From Cyanobacteria bacterium P01_A01_bin.123 (GTDB lineage Bacteria > Cyanobacteriota > Cyanobacteriia > Phormidesmidales > Phormidesmidaceae): a DNA stretch of 64,000 bases. This document shows, in pieces, positions 35,865-44,678 of the stretch. A program made the position numbers and the translations under genes. The number at the start of each line of letters is the position of its first letter. Positions within the stretch are counted from its first letter, which is position 1. The stretch lies in assembly GCA_039815185.1 (NCBI GenBank), contig JBCBZT010000023.1, positions 1 through 64,000 of the forward strand, read 5' to 3'. The notes below the pieces were generated by a model. It did not search any database. It was not told where the DNA came from and saw only the letters and a list, made by a program, of their open reading frames with translations.

Positions 35865-37014
35865 TATGCACTAGATTTCGGAGTGGCTCAGGGGCAGTTG
35901 GATGAAGAATCTGGGTAATGGATTGAAAACCACTGGATGCATCCGGATAGACAAATGTTGATGCTTCTTGTTCGGCAACATACGCATAGATAGCCAGTTC
36001 TTCAAGCAAATATATGCATGATCGATTGACGTAATAGTCAAAACGTTGGGAATCTTGTTGAAGATACCTCTTAACAAAGACGTCAGCAAAGTTACGAACA
36101 GCAGTAGAAAAAGTTTTGTCAGCTTCAAATAGCCATCGTATCTCTTCAGCATAAGCTTGGAATTTCTCCTCAGCCAAGACATCAGAGAAGAATCGCATTT
36201 CGAAGCAACAGTGATCTGCATATCGATCAAAGATAGATAATTTCTCATCTCTGATTTTACGTCCAAAACTGATTGCACGATTTAAAGCATGCTGTTCTGA
36301 AAAACCTTGCATTTCTAAAACAATTTGATAGGCAAGATCACCGATTAAAACCTGGCAGTTGGAAAAATTCTGACTAATCCACTCAGTCATTCCTGCCAGC
36401 TTGGCCGTTGTAAAGTTCTTATCTTGCAAACTGAAGCCTAACATACAGGTCTCGTACTTTTGCAGTTGCCCCAAAGCCGATTCAGGCTTAACGGTAACGA
36501 CTTGGGCTTCATATCGAGCACTGGTTTTAATTTCAATATTTTGATGAGGTTTAGCCACACATCGGTAATCTTCAAAGCTCATGCGAATCCGCTGAGCTTG
36601 AGATTGAACACAGAAGGAAATTTCTTGAAAAATATGTAACTCTTGGGTGAAAAATACTTCTAAGTTAAACAGGCACCCCAACGGTGGTAAAGTACCTATT
36701 TCATAATCAGGAAACAACTTCTGAGTTTGGCCTTTGCCTACAAAATCGATGTTGGGATTATTGAGAGAAACCCGTAGCGAGTCTAACTCGATTTTACGCG
36801 TAACAGGCACCACAATCATCGCATATCGATTGGGAGCAGTGCAGATCAGGACTGCTTCAATTAGCTCATAACCTAGGGAAAACTCATCAACCGCAATATC
36901 TTGGAGCGTGTAAGCTGGTGAGTAGGAAACCGTGAGATATCGTATTTTCTGGCTATCTAACAAATCCTTGATAGGGTCAAGCGCATTTGTTTTAGAGAGT
37001 GCAAAAGCTGCCAT
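35839..37014 (-). CDS. YbaK/ProX-like domain fused to a tRNA-dependent cyclodipeptide synthase (CDPS)-like domain
   Basis: N-terminal FPDYEIGTLPPLG and EISF...IRMSFEDY; C-terminal CMLGFS, VLIGD, YLLEELA, FVYP. Confidence 0.75.
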   Translation of the reverse strand: MAAFALSKTNALDPIKDLLDSQKIRYLTVSYSPAYTLQDIAVDEFSLGYELIEAVLICTAPNRYAMIVVPVTRKIELDSLRVSLNNPNIDFVGKGQTQKLFPDYEIGTLPPLGCLFNLEVFFTQELHIFQEISFCVQSQAQRIRMSFEDYRCVAKPHQNIEIKTSARYEAQVVTVKPESALGQLQKYETCMLGFSLQDKNFTTAKLAGMTEWISQNFSNCQVLIGDLAYQIVLEMQGFSEQHALNRAISFGRKIRDEKLSIFDRYADHCCFEMRFFSDVLAEEKFQAYAEEIRWLFEADKTFSTAVRNFADVFVKRYLQQDSQRFDYYVNRSCIYLLEELAIYAYVAEQEASTFVYPDASSGFQSITQILHPTAPEPLRNLVHISLRLRPR

Positions 37015-37134
37015 AGGAAAGACTCTTTCGATTTAGATAGCTAGATAGAACGATTTGACTATCACACTAGTCCAATTTTTCCCATTCCAACGATGTAATT
37101 AACGATTCTATTCGAGGCACTGCCGACCGTCCCC

Positions 37135-37179
37135 GGAAATTTAGGATCAAACTGCTAAAAGTCTTAATCCTAAATTTCC
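37135..37179. repeat. 13-bp perfect inverted repeat (possible terminator of the AKR gene, or operator)
   Basis: GGAAATTTAGGAT-N19-ATCCTAAATTTCC. Confidence 0.7.
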
Positions 37180-37207
37180 TCTGCTCTGTTTAGTTTAACG
37201 ATGACCG

Positions 37208-38158
37208 TTATGCCCAGAAACCACTGCCTTGGTATGTCACGCCGGGGATAAACCAACTTTGAGGATTGACGTAGCGAAAGCGGATATCAACCTCGTCGAT
37301 CGCAGCTCGGGCTTTGGTTGAAAGGTCATGGGATGCAGCCACAAGATTTTGAGCGATGCGGTCTGGATTAGTTGATTTAGGAATAACACTTGTTCCCCGG
37401 TGAATCGCCCAGGCGATGAGGAGTTGTGCAGGCGTTAGCCCTTCGTCGCTGGCAACAGACTTGACCCGATCATTTTCTAGCACGGGGGGCTCGTCACTGG
37501 CTTTCATGCTGTCGGGGCGATCGCGAGAGCCCAGGGGTGAGTATGCCGTCAAGTGGATGCCTTGATCTTGGCAGTAGGCTAGCAGTTCGTTTTGGGGGTT
37601 GTAGGGATGCAGTTCCACTTGGTTGACAGCTGGAGTGGCGCCACTCTCTGTGATCAACTGATCGAGCTTTGAGATACTGAAATTAGAAACCCCGACACTT
37701 TTCACCAGTCCTTTGTCGCGGAGCTTCAGCATGGCCTCAAAGGTTTTGGATAAAGGCATGTCAGGTAAGGGCCAAAATCCTTCTGCATCCTCCGGCATGA
37801 CTAAGCCGGGACGAAAGGCGACGGGCCAATGCATGAGATACAAGTCGATATAGTCAAGACCGAAGGCGGTAAGCGTTGCCTGACAGCCCGCCTCAACATC
37901 ATCGGGGGCGTGGAAACTGTTCCAAAGTTTAGAGGTGACAAAGACGTCTTCGCGGGTGACGTTACCGTCTGCAATAGATTCGCAAATGGCGCGACCCACC
38001 TCTTTTTCGTTGCCATAGATCCAAGCGCCGTCGATATGGTGGTAACCAATGCGGAGGGCTTCTTTGACGGCTTGATAGGCGTCCCCTTCGTGGGACTTCC
38101 AGGTGCCGAGACCGAAAGCAGGAATTGTGTTGCCGTCATTGAGGGTAAATGTCTTCAT
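37208..38158 (-). CDS. Aldo/keto reductase
   Basis: GLGTW, IDGAWIYGNE, TSKLW, DLYLMHWP, GVSNF, AYSPLGS, IPKS. Confidence 0.96.
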   Translation of the reverse strand: MKTFTLNDGNTIPAFGLGTWKSHEGDAYQAVKEALRIGYHHIDGAWIYGNEKEVGRAICESIADGNVTREDVFVTSKLWNSFHAPDDVEAGCQATLTAFGLDYIDLYLMHWPVAFRPGLVMPEDAEGFWPLPDMPLSKTFEAMLKLRDKGLVKSVGVSNFSISKLDQLITESGATPAVNQVELHPYNPQNELLAYCQDQGIHLTAYSPLGSRDRPDSMKASDEPPVLENDRVKSVASDEGLTPAQLLIAWAIHRGTSVIPKSTNPDRIAQNLVAASHDLSTKARAAIDEVDIRFRYVNPQSWFIPGVTYQGSGFWA

Positions 38159-38264
38159 GAGTCCTCTTTGAGATGTGTAGACTGTGGGCCAAATAATTGA
38201 GGAAATAGGCTCCAGTCCTCAATGCTTTCAAGCTCATTTAGCTTAACGTCTAGATTAGTTGCAG

Positions 38265-38388
38265 CTAGGGGCTGTCATCAATATTGCTTTTAGAACAATG
38301 GTTACAGTCCCCTAGCTCGTTGAGTTGGGTCGGGCATGGCAAGGCTCAACCATAGGGCTTTTCGGGTTGAGTTGATGACATGCCCTAG
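38265..38388. mobile_element. 124-bp MITE-like element
   Basis: Terminal inverted repeats CTAGGGGCTGTCATCAA / TTGATGACATGCCCTAG (15/17) with internal hairpins. Confidence 0.6.
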
Positions 38389-39551
38389 ACGGTGGACAGG
38401 GGAATACCGTCAAATCGATTCAGGGCGACTAGTGTCAGACTGAGCAGTGGCACTATCATCCAAGGCGGTAAGCCTGCGCCCATGGGGATCAGGCATAGTG
38501 CGAAAAATGCCAAAAGCGATCGCGCGATGATGACCCCCTCAGGCAAACAATTTGGCGACGCCCATTGCAGTGCTGTGACGCCAGTCAGAAAAACGGCAAT
38601 TCCACCGCAGAGAATCGTGCGAGCTTCTGCAATGAAGCTATGTCCAGAGGCTGCCTCAATGGCAAACTGGATGCCAATACCCGTGGCGACAATGCCCATA
38701 AAGACGAGAACGTGGCTGTAGCCATAGATATAAGACCGCAGCAATGCCAACCGACCGCCTCGCAATGCCCAGTTGATCACCGATTCATCTGCCCGTTCAA
38801 AATACATCCACCACAGACTGACGGCGGTCAAAAAGCCGCCCATGCCAGTCAAGACACTTTGCCACTGCCAATTAGTTTGGGCCACGCCTGTGGTGACTGC
38901 AATAATGGCTTCCCCCAGCACGATAATCACAAACAAGCCAAATCGCTCGTCCATGTGGGATTTCTGGGTGGGGACGTTGCGAATGGTGAGGTAGGTGATG
39001 GGGCCGTTGCTGATTTCAATCAGTAATGCGATCGCCCACAGCCAAAATCGAGCTGGTTCAGGTACTGCAATGGATAGGAGCCATAGCAAAAACGCGATAG
39101 AGAAACTGGTGATGTATCGCGCGGTAAGTTCTCTAGATTGGGGCACAAACCGCCAGGCTTGGGTGTACAAAACAATAATTACCAACCGTAGCGTGCTGTA
39201 AATGGCGGCAAAGTTAGCTGAACCCCCTTGTAGGGCATCGTGAATGGTCAGGGCCATCACCACCAGCCCAAACATCACACCCAGCATGACAAGACGATAA
39301 GGCCCCCGGTCAACGTCAAACTGATCGGCGTAGTAGCTAAAGTCGATCCAAAGCCACCATACCGGAACAAAGAGCGCTGCGAAGCCTGCAATTCCTGTCC
39401 AGCTTAAGTCGCCATGGAGGAGATGGGCTAATTCTGCGATCGCGAACACAAACACCAGATCAAAAAACAGTTCCAGCCAAGTGGCATGGCGAGTTTCCTC
39501 ACGGTCTTTACCCAGATGCAGCCGCAGTGGATGAGAACGTTGACGGGTCAT
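38385..39551 (-). CDS. ltrA: Low temperature requirement protein A family
   Basis: ATWLELFFDLVFVFAI and HMDERFGLFVIIVLGE signatures. Confidence 0.9.
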   Translation of the reverse strand: MTRQRSHPLRLHLGKDREETRHATWLELFFDLVFVFAIAELAHLLHGDLSWTGIAGFAALFVPVWWLWIDFSYYADQFDVDRGPYRLVMLGVMFGLVVMALTIHDALQGGSANFAAIYSTLRLVIIVLYTQAWRFVPQSRELTARYITSFSIAFLLWLLSIAVPEPARFWLWAIALLIEISNGPITYLTIRNVPTQKSHMDERFGLFVIIVLGEAIIAVTTGVAQTNWQWQSVLTGMGGFLTAVSLWWMYFERADESVINWALRGGRLALLRSYIYGYSHVLVFMGIVATGIGIQFAIEAASGHSFIAEARTILCGGIAVFLTGVTALQWASPNCLPEGVIIARSLLAFFALCLIPMGAGLPPWMIVPLLSLTLVALNRFDGIPLSTV

Positions 39552-39648
39552 TGGAATTTTTGGGTTGCTGATTGTACAGACAAACACTGATTCAAGCCTA
39601 TTAAGGCACGCTTCGATATGCTAGTAAACAGCGTACTCCTCAAAGCCT

Positions 39649-39801
39649 ATGGTTCAGACAATTGCCGTTACCGATGCAATCACTAACTTGAATCAGGTTC
39701 ACGAGCGCTTTGGCTTGCAGCCCAACCCGACCCCAGACTGTTTTAGCCACAATCTGCATCAGGCTGTGAGAATCCTCAAGCGACTCACTGCCTTGGATTA
39801 A
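39649..39801 (+). pseudogene. 50-codon remnant, probably an internally deleted cyanobacterial restriction-endonuclease-like gene
   Basis: MVQTIAVTDAITNLNQVHERFGLQPNPTPDCF joined to [18 protein letters not shown]; resembles the two termini of a longer cyanobacterial family (from memory). Confidence 0.45.
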
Positions 39802-39877
39802 GTCCCTGTCTAGATGGCCGAGGGATACCTTTCGCGTTAATATTCGTAAAGAATCTTCACGAAAGGTCAATTCGGTC

Positions 39878-40669
39878 ATGGGCCCAAAGCCATCCATTAT
39901 TTCGCAGGTCCGCAGCTGGTTTCAGCCATCAACGGGCAACTGGCAGCAGTTTAGAGAACCGTCGCAGGTATTTATCGAACTGCGCCACCTGAGCAAAGGC
40001 TTCATTGAGGGCACGACTCAGCGGCAGGTACTCAATGAGTTGACCACGACCTTTGATGAAGGCAGTTTTATCGTGCTACTGGGGCAAAGCGGTAGCGGCA
40101 AAAGTACCTTGCTCAACCTGATTAGCGGCATCGAGCGCCCCACTGCTGGGACGGTTTTGATTGATGGTGTTCCGATTACTGAATTAAATGAGCGGGCTTG
40201 CACCCTATTCCGCCGGGATCAGATTGGCTTTATCTTTCAGTTTTTTAATCTGATTCCGACTCTAACGGTGTTGGAGAATATCACGCTGCCGCAGGAGTTG
40301 GCCGGTAATGCACCCAAAGCGATTGAAACTCAAGCGCGATCGCTGTTAGAAAAAGTTGGTTTGGGCGATCGCGCCGATGCCTTTCCCGACAAACTCTCCG
40401 GTGGACAACAGCAGCGGGTTGCCATTGCCCGTGCCCTCGTCCATGAACCGCGTCTGATTTTGGCCGATGAACCGACAGGCAACCTCGATGAAGACACAGG
40501 TGCAACGGTCTTAACCCTACTCCTAGAACTGACTCGCAACGCCAACAAAACCCTGATCATGGCGACCCACAACCCCGAGATTGCCAAACACGCCGATCGC
40601 ATCCTGCGAGTCCATGAAGGTCATCTCGAAGACGCCACCGCCGAACTCACGGAGGCCGTCGCCGCCTAA
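39878..40669 (+). CDS. ABC transporter ATP-binding protein (LolD/MacB-like)
   Basis: [33 protein letters not shown]. Confidence 0.95.
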   Translation: MGPKPSIISQVRSWFQPSTGNWQQFREPSQVFIELRHLSKGFIEGTTQRQVLNELTTTFDEGSFIVLLGQSGSGKSTLLNLISGIERPTAGTVLIDGVPITELNERACTLFRRDQIGFIFQFFNLIPTLTVLENITLPQELAGNAPKAIETQARSLLEKVGLGDRADAFPDKLSGGQQQRVAIARALVHEPRLILADEPTGNLDEDTGATVLTLLLELTRNANKTLIMATHNPEIAKHADRILRVHEGHLEDATAELTEAVAA

Positions 40670-40670
40670 T

Positions 40671-43349
40671 ATGTCCACTCCCCGTTCGGCTGAGCTCACG
40701 TCGAAGCCACTCCCCCCCTCCCTGTCTCTCCCCCTCCCTGTCTCCAATACTCCCCTCTGGCGTCTCGCTTGGCGACGGATACGTCGCCGCCCGTTTCAAT
40801 ACGTTCTGTTCATTTTGGGCATTGCCATTGGCGTGGCGATGATGGTGTCGATTGATTTGGCCAACGGGTCAGCTCAACGGGCGTTTGAGTTGTCAACGGA
40901 TGCGATCGCGGGGCGTACAACTCACCGCATCGAGGCGATTTCTCCCATTGGTGTGGATGAATCTGTTTACCGAGATTTACGGACTCAGTTGGGCTATACC
41001 CGCTCTGCTCCAATCGTAGAAGGCTATGTTGTTGCCGAAGATTTGGATCGTCAGCCGATGCGATTAGTGGGCGTCGATTTCTTTGCAGAAGCGCCGTTTC
41101 GCAGCTATCTAGACGGGGATGCTGACGGTGACTCAGAGCAGGGCATCGAGGCGCTGACGGCTTTTTTGACCGAACCGGATACGGTGATTTTGGCGAAAGA
41201 TACGGCTGACCAGTATGGGGTGCAAGTGGGCGATCGCCTCAAGTTAACCCTAGCAGGCCAACCGATTGCGGCTCGCGTCGTCGGCATTTTACAACCTGCG
41301 AATGCCCTGACTCGCGATGCCCTCAGCAATGTGCTGTTCACTGACATCGCCTCAGCCCAGGAAGTTTTGGGTATGCAGGGTCACCTCAGCCACATTGACC
41401 TGATTGCCGATAGCGAGGCTGACCTCGCCCCCATTCGCGCAGCCCTACCAGAAGGCGTCAAACTCGAAACTGCCCAAGCGCAGAAAAACGCGGTGCAGCA
41501 GATGACGGCGGCATTTGAACTCAACCTAACGGCATTGAGTTTGCTGGCGCTGGTCGTGGGCATGTTTTTGATTTATAACACCGTCACCTTTAGCGTCATC
41601 CAACGGCGATCGCTGTTTGGCACCCTACGATGTTTGGGTGTCACCCAGGGACAGCTCTTTCAGCTGATCATGGGTGAGTCGCTGGTGCTGAGCATTGTCG
41701 GCTCTATTTTGGGGTTAGGGCTGGGGATAGTGCTGGGTCGCAGCATTGTGGGGCTGATTACCCAAAGCATCAACGATTTCTATTTTGTGGTCTACGTCCG
41801 CGATATCAGCTTGAGTCGCTTGACTCTAATTAAGGGTATGGTCATCGGCATCTTTGCCGCCCTCTTTGCCTCCTTGATTCCCGCGATCGAAGCGATGCGG
41901 ACGTCGCCCCAAAGCAGTTTGAAGCGTTCAACCCTGGAAGGCAAAGTCCAAAAGATTTTGCCCTGGCTGGTTTTGGCCTGGGGACTCTTTACCCTAGGCG
42001 GAATTGGTCTACTTAGGATTGAAAATGGGGGGTTAGTGATCGCTTTTGGTGGGTTGTTTGCGATTTTGCTGGCGGCAGCGCTGTTGACACCGCCGCTCAC
42101 CGTGCTGTTGATGAAGGGCTTGACTCCTATCCTCAATGGACTGCTGGGTGTGCTGGGCAAAATGGCCCCGCGTGATATTAATCGGTCATTGAGTCGCACT
42201 TCGATCGCGATCGCGTCTTTGATGGTGGCGGTCTCGGTCATCGTTGGCGTGTCGGTGATGGTGGGTTCCTTTAGAACGACAGTGGTGCAGTGGCTTGACC
42301 AAACCCTACAGGCCGACATTTATGTCACCCCCCCGAGCACCACCGCCAACCGTATCTTGGGCAGCATTGATCCGGCTGTGGTTGAAGTAGCCTACACTTG
42401 GCCCGAAATCGACCACATCGTCACCTACAAAGACGCCCAGGTGGATGTGATTGGCTTCAATCGAGATGCTGCTAGCAGCGCCGAAATGCAAATTAATCGA
42501 CAAGCTATCTTGATTTCTGCCGATGGGGATGTTTCCAATGGCCAACGGCCCTATGCCTGGATTCGTGACGATGTGCGCAATCCATGGCCGCAGCTTGAAG
42601 CTGGAGAGGGGGTAATTATCTCAGAGGCGCTAATGTTGCGCACAGGCGTTTTTGAACCGCCGGAAACGGTCACGCTAGAGTCTCCCCAAGGGCCACAGAC
42701 GTTTCCAGTGCTGGCTGTCTTCTATGATTATTCTTCCGATCGGGGCACGATATTGCTCGATAACGATCTCTACTTAGCGCTGTGGCAAGACCCTGATATT
42801 GCTTCCTTAGGGCTATTCGTAAAACCTAATGTCTCAGTCGATGGGGTCGTCGCTCGTCTTCGAGAGACCTTTAAGGGCCGTCAAGATCTCGTTGCCCAGT
42901 CTAATCGCAATCTGCGCCAGGGGTCCTTGGAAATCTTCGACCGCACCTTTGCGATTACGGGGGCACTGCGATTGTTAGCGGTTGTTGTCGCCTTTATCGG
43001 TGTCTTGAGTGCATTGATGAGCCTCCAGCTAGAGCGCACCCGAGAACTCGGGATCTTGCGGGCTAATGGCATGACGCCCCGACAAATGTGGCAGCTAACC
43101 TTACTTGAAACCGGCATTATGGGCAGTTTAGCGGGGTTCTTTGCGATGCCTTTGGGCTACGTTTTGGCCTGGATTTTGATTTATGTAATCAATGTCCGTT
43201 CGTTTGGCTGGACGTTGCAAATGCAAATTGAACCCGGCTACTTTTGGCAAGCCTGGGTGGTGGCGGTGATTGCAGCCCTATTAGCCGGGGTGTACCCGGC
43301 GTGGCGGTTGGGCAAGATGGCAGTGGCCACGGCGATTCGACAGGAATGA
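40671..43349 (+). CDS. FtsX/MacB-like ABC permease with duplicated periplasmic domains
   Basis: GIAIGVAMM, GMFLIYNT...QRR, ERTRELGILRANG, AGVYPAWR; starts 1 nt after the ATPase stop. Confidence 0.92.
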   Translation: MSTPRSAELTSKPLPPSLSLPLPVSNTPLWRLAWRRIRRRPFQYVLFILGIAIGVAMMVSIDLANGSAQRAFELSTDAIAGRTTHRIEAISPIGVDESVYRDLRTQLGYTRSAPIVEGYVVAEDLDRQPMRLVGVDFFAEAPFRSYLDGDADGDSEQGIEALTAFLTEPDTVILAKDTADQYGVQVGDRLKLTLAGQPIAARVVGILQPANALTRDALSNVLFTDIASAQEVLGMQGHLSHIDLIADSEADLAPIRAALPEGVKLETAQAQKNAVQQMTAAFELNLTALSLLALVVGMFLIYNTVTFSVIQRRSLFGTLRCLGVTQGQLFQLIMGESLVLSIVGSILGLGLGIVLGRSIVGLITQSINDFYFVVYVRDISLSRLTLIKGMVIGIFAALFASLIPAIEAMRTSPQSSLKRSTLEGKVQKILPWLVLAWGLFTLGGIGLLRIENGGLVIAFGGLFAILLAAALLTPPLTVLLMKGLTPILNGLLGVLGKMAPRDINRSLSRTSIAIASLMVAVSVIVGVSVMVGSFRTTVVQWLDQTLQADIYVTPPSTTANRILGSIDPAVVEVAYTWPEIDHIVTYKDAQVDVIGFNRDAASSAEMQINRQAILISADGDVSNGQRPYAWIRDDVRNPWPQLEAGEGVIISEALMLRTGVFEPPETVTLESPQGPQTFPVLAVFYDYSSDRGTILLDNDLYLALWQDPDIASLGLFVKPNVSVDGVVARLRETFKGRQDLVAQSNRNLRQGSLEIFDRTFAITGALRLLAVVVAFIGVLSALMSLQLERTRELGILRANGMTPRQMWQLTLLETGIMGSLAGFFAMPLGYVLAWILIYVINVRSFGWTLQMQIEPGYFWQAWVVAVIAALLAGVYPAWRLGKMAVATAIRQE

Positions 43350-43408
43350 GGCGATTTTGGATTTTGGACTGGTTCTGAGTTTGTGGAACGGATGGGGGAT
43401 TTTAAAGA

Positions 43409-44569
43409 ATGAAACGTCTGCCGTGGGTTGTGTTGGGACTTGTGCTGACTTTGCTGCTGGTGTTTTGGCCACGACCCGGCATTACCAACAGTGGTCAGGC
43501 GTCTGTGGCGTGGTTGTCAGGTCAAGAAGTCGGGCTTGACGATGGCTTTGCGCGGGTGAGCGGCCCTACAGAATTGAAATTTCCCCAGGATTTGGGGCCC
43601 CATAATCAATATCAAACCGAGTGGTGGTACTACACGGGGAATTTAGAAACGGATGCGGGGCGCGCGTTTGGTTATCAGCTGACGTTCTTTCGGCGGGGGC
43701 TGACGCCGGAAATAGCATCAGTGGAGAAGGCTTCAGACTGGCGATCGAATCAAATTTATTTTTCGCACTTTACTGTTAGTGATATTGAAAACGAGGCGTT
43801 TTATCCCCATGAGCGATTTAGTCGCCAATCGGCGGGGTTGTCTGGGGCACAAGCTGATCCCTATCGGGTGTGGTTGGAGGATTGGTCGGCCACTGCGATC
43901 GCGCCGGGGCAAGTTCACTTAGTCGCCGATGCCGGAGATGTGACCCTGGATTTGACCCTAACAGAAACGTTGCCGCCTGTGCTGCAGGGCGATCGCGGTT
44001 ATAGCCAAAAAGGCCCAGAACCGGGGAATGCCTCCTATTACTACTCGATTGTGCAGCAGCAGGCCCAGGGCACGATCATGGTGGCGGATGAGGCTTTTGA
44101 AGTCAGCGGGTTGACCTGGAAAGATCACGAATATTCCACCAGTGCGCTGAGTCCCGGCACTGTCGGATGGGACTGGTTTTCGTTGCAGCTTGATGATGGT
44201 TCGGCTTTGATGCTGTATGGCTTACGAAAAGATGATGGGGCGATCGCAGACTTATCAAACGGCACCTACATCAGCGCTGATGGCACGACCCAAGCCATTG
44301 ATCATAACGACTGGCAAATTGACGTGCTGGACACCTGGCATAGTCCTAACAGTCAGGCCGACTATCCCTGCCAGTGGCACATTGAAATTCCTAAGTTAGC
44401 CTTAGTGCTTGACGGCAAATCACTGATGCTAAATCAAGAACTGAATATCTCAACCACCTACTGGGAAGGGGCCGTTGCATTTGAGGGGATAGTGTCTGAG
44501 CAGCCCGTTAGCGCGAAAGGGTATGTAGAAATGACAGGCTATGCCGCTCGATTAGATACGGTGCTCTAG
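43409..44569 (+). CDS. Lipocalin-like AttH/CrtC-like secreted protein
   Basis: FPQDLGPH..QTEWWYYTG, FGYQLTFFR, WKDHEYS, GWDWFSLQL, YWEG, GYVEMTGY. Confidence 0.88.
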   Translation: MKRLPWVVLGLVLTLLLVFWPRPGITNSGQASVAWLSGQEVGLDDGFARVSGPTELKFPQDLGPHNQYQTEWWYYTGNLETDAGRAFGYQLTFFRRGLTPEIASVEKASDWRSNQIYFSHFTVSDIENEAFYPHERFSRQSAGLSGAQADPYRVWLEDWSATAIAPGQVHLVADAGDVTLDLTLTETLPPVLQGDRGYSQKGPEPGNASYYYSIVQQQAQGTIMVADEAFEVSGLTWKDHEYSTSALSPGTVGWDWFSLQLDDGSALMLYGLRKDDGAIADLSNGTYISADGTTQAIDHNDWQIDVLDTWHSPNSQADYPCQWHIEIPKLALVLDGKSLMLNQELNISTTYWEGAVAFEGIVSEQPVSAKGYVEMTGYAARLDTVL

Positions 44570-44678
44570 TGGGAGATGTTCCAGTTAGTACGATTGCACG
44601 GGGAAAGATTTTACGGTTAGGAACTTGTTACAATGTGGGGCCGCGATCGCCTCACAAATCCCAGACTCAACGTCGAGT

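Noticed and set aside
39640..39897. 85-aa minus-strand ORF (likewise 12564-12824, 10720-10905, 48867-49052, 49698-49886)
   Set aside because: No motifs or RBS support; probably spurious.
43409..44569. Carotenoid 1,2-hydratase CrtC
   Set aside because: The context is the ABC ATPase/permease/lipocalin-like (AttEFGH-type) operon with no carotenoid genes, so that specific activity is unsupported.
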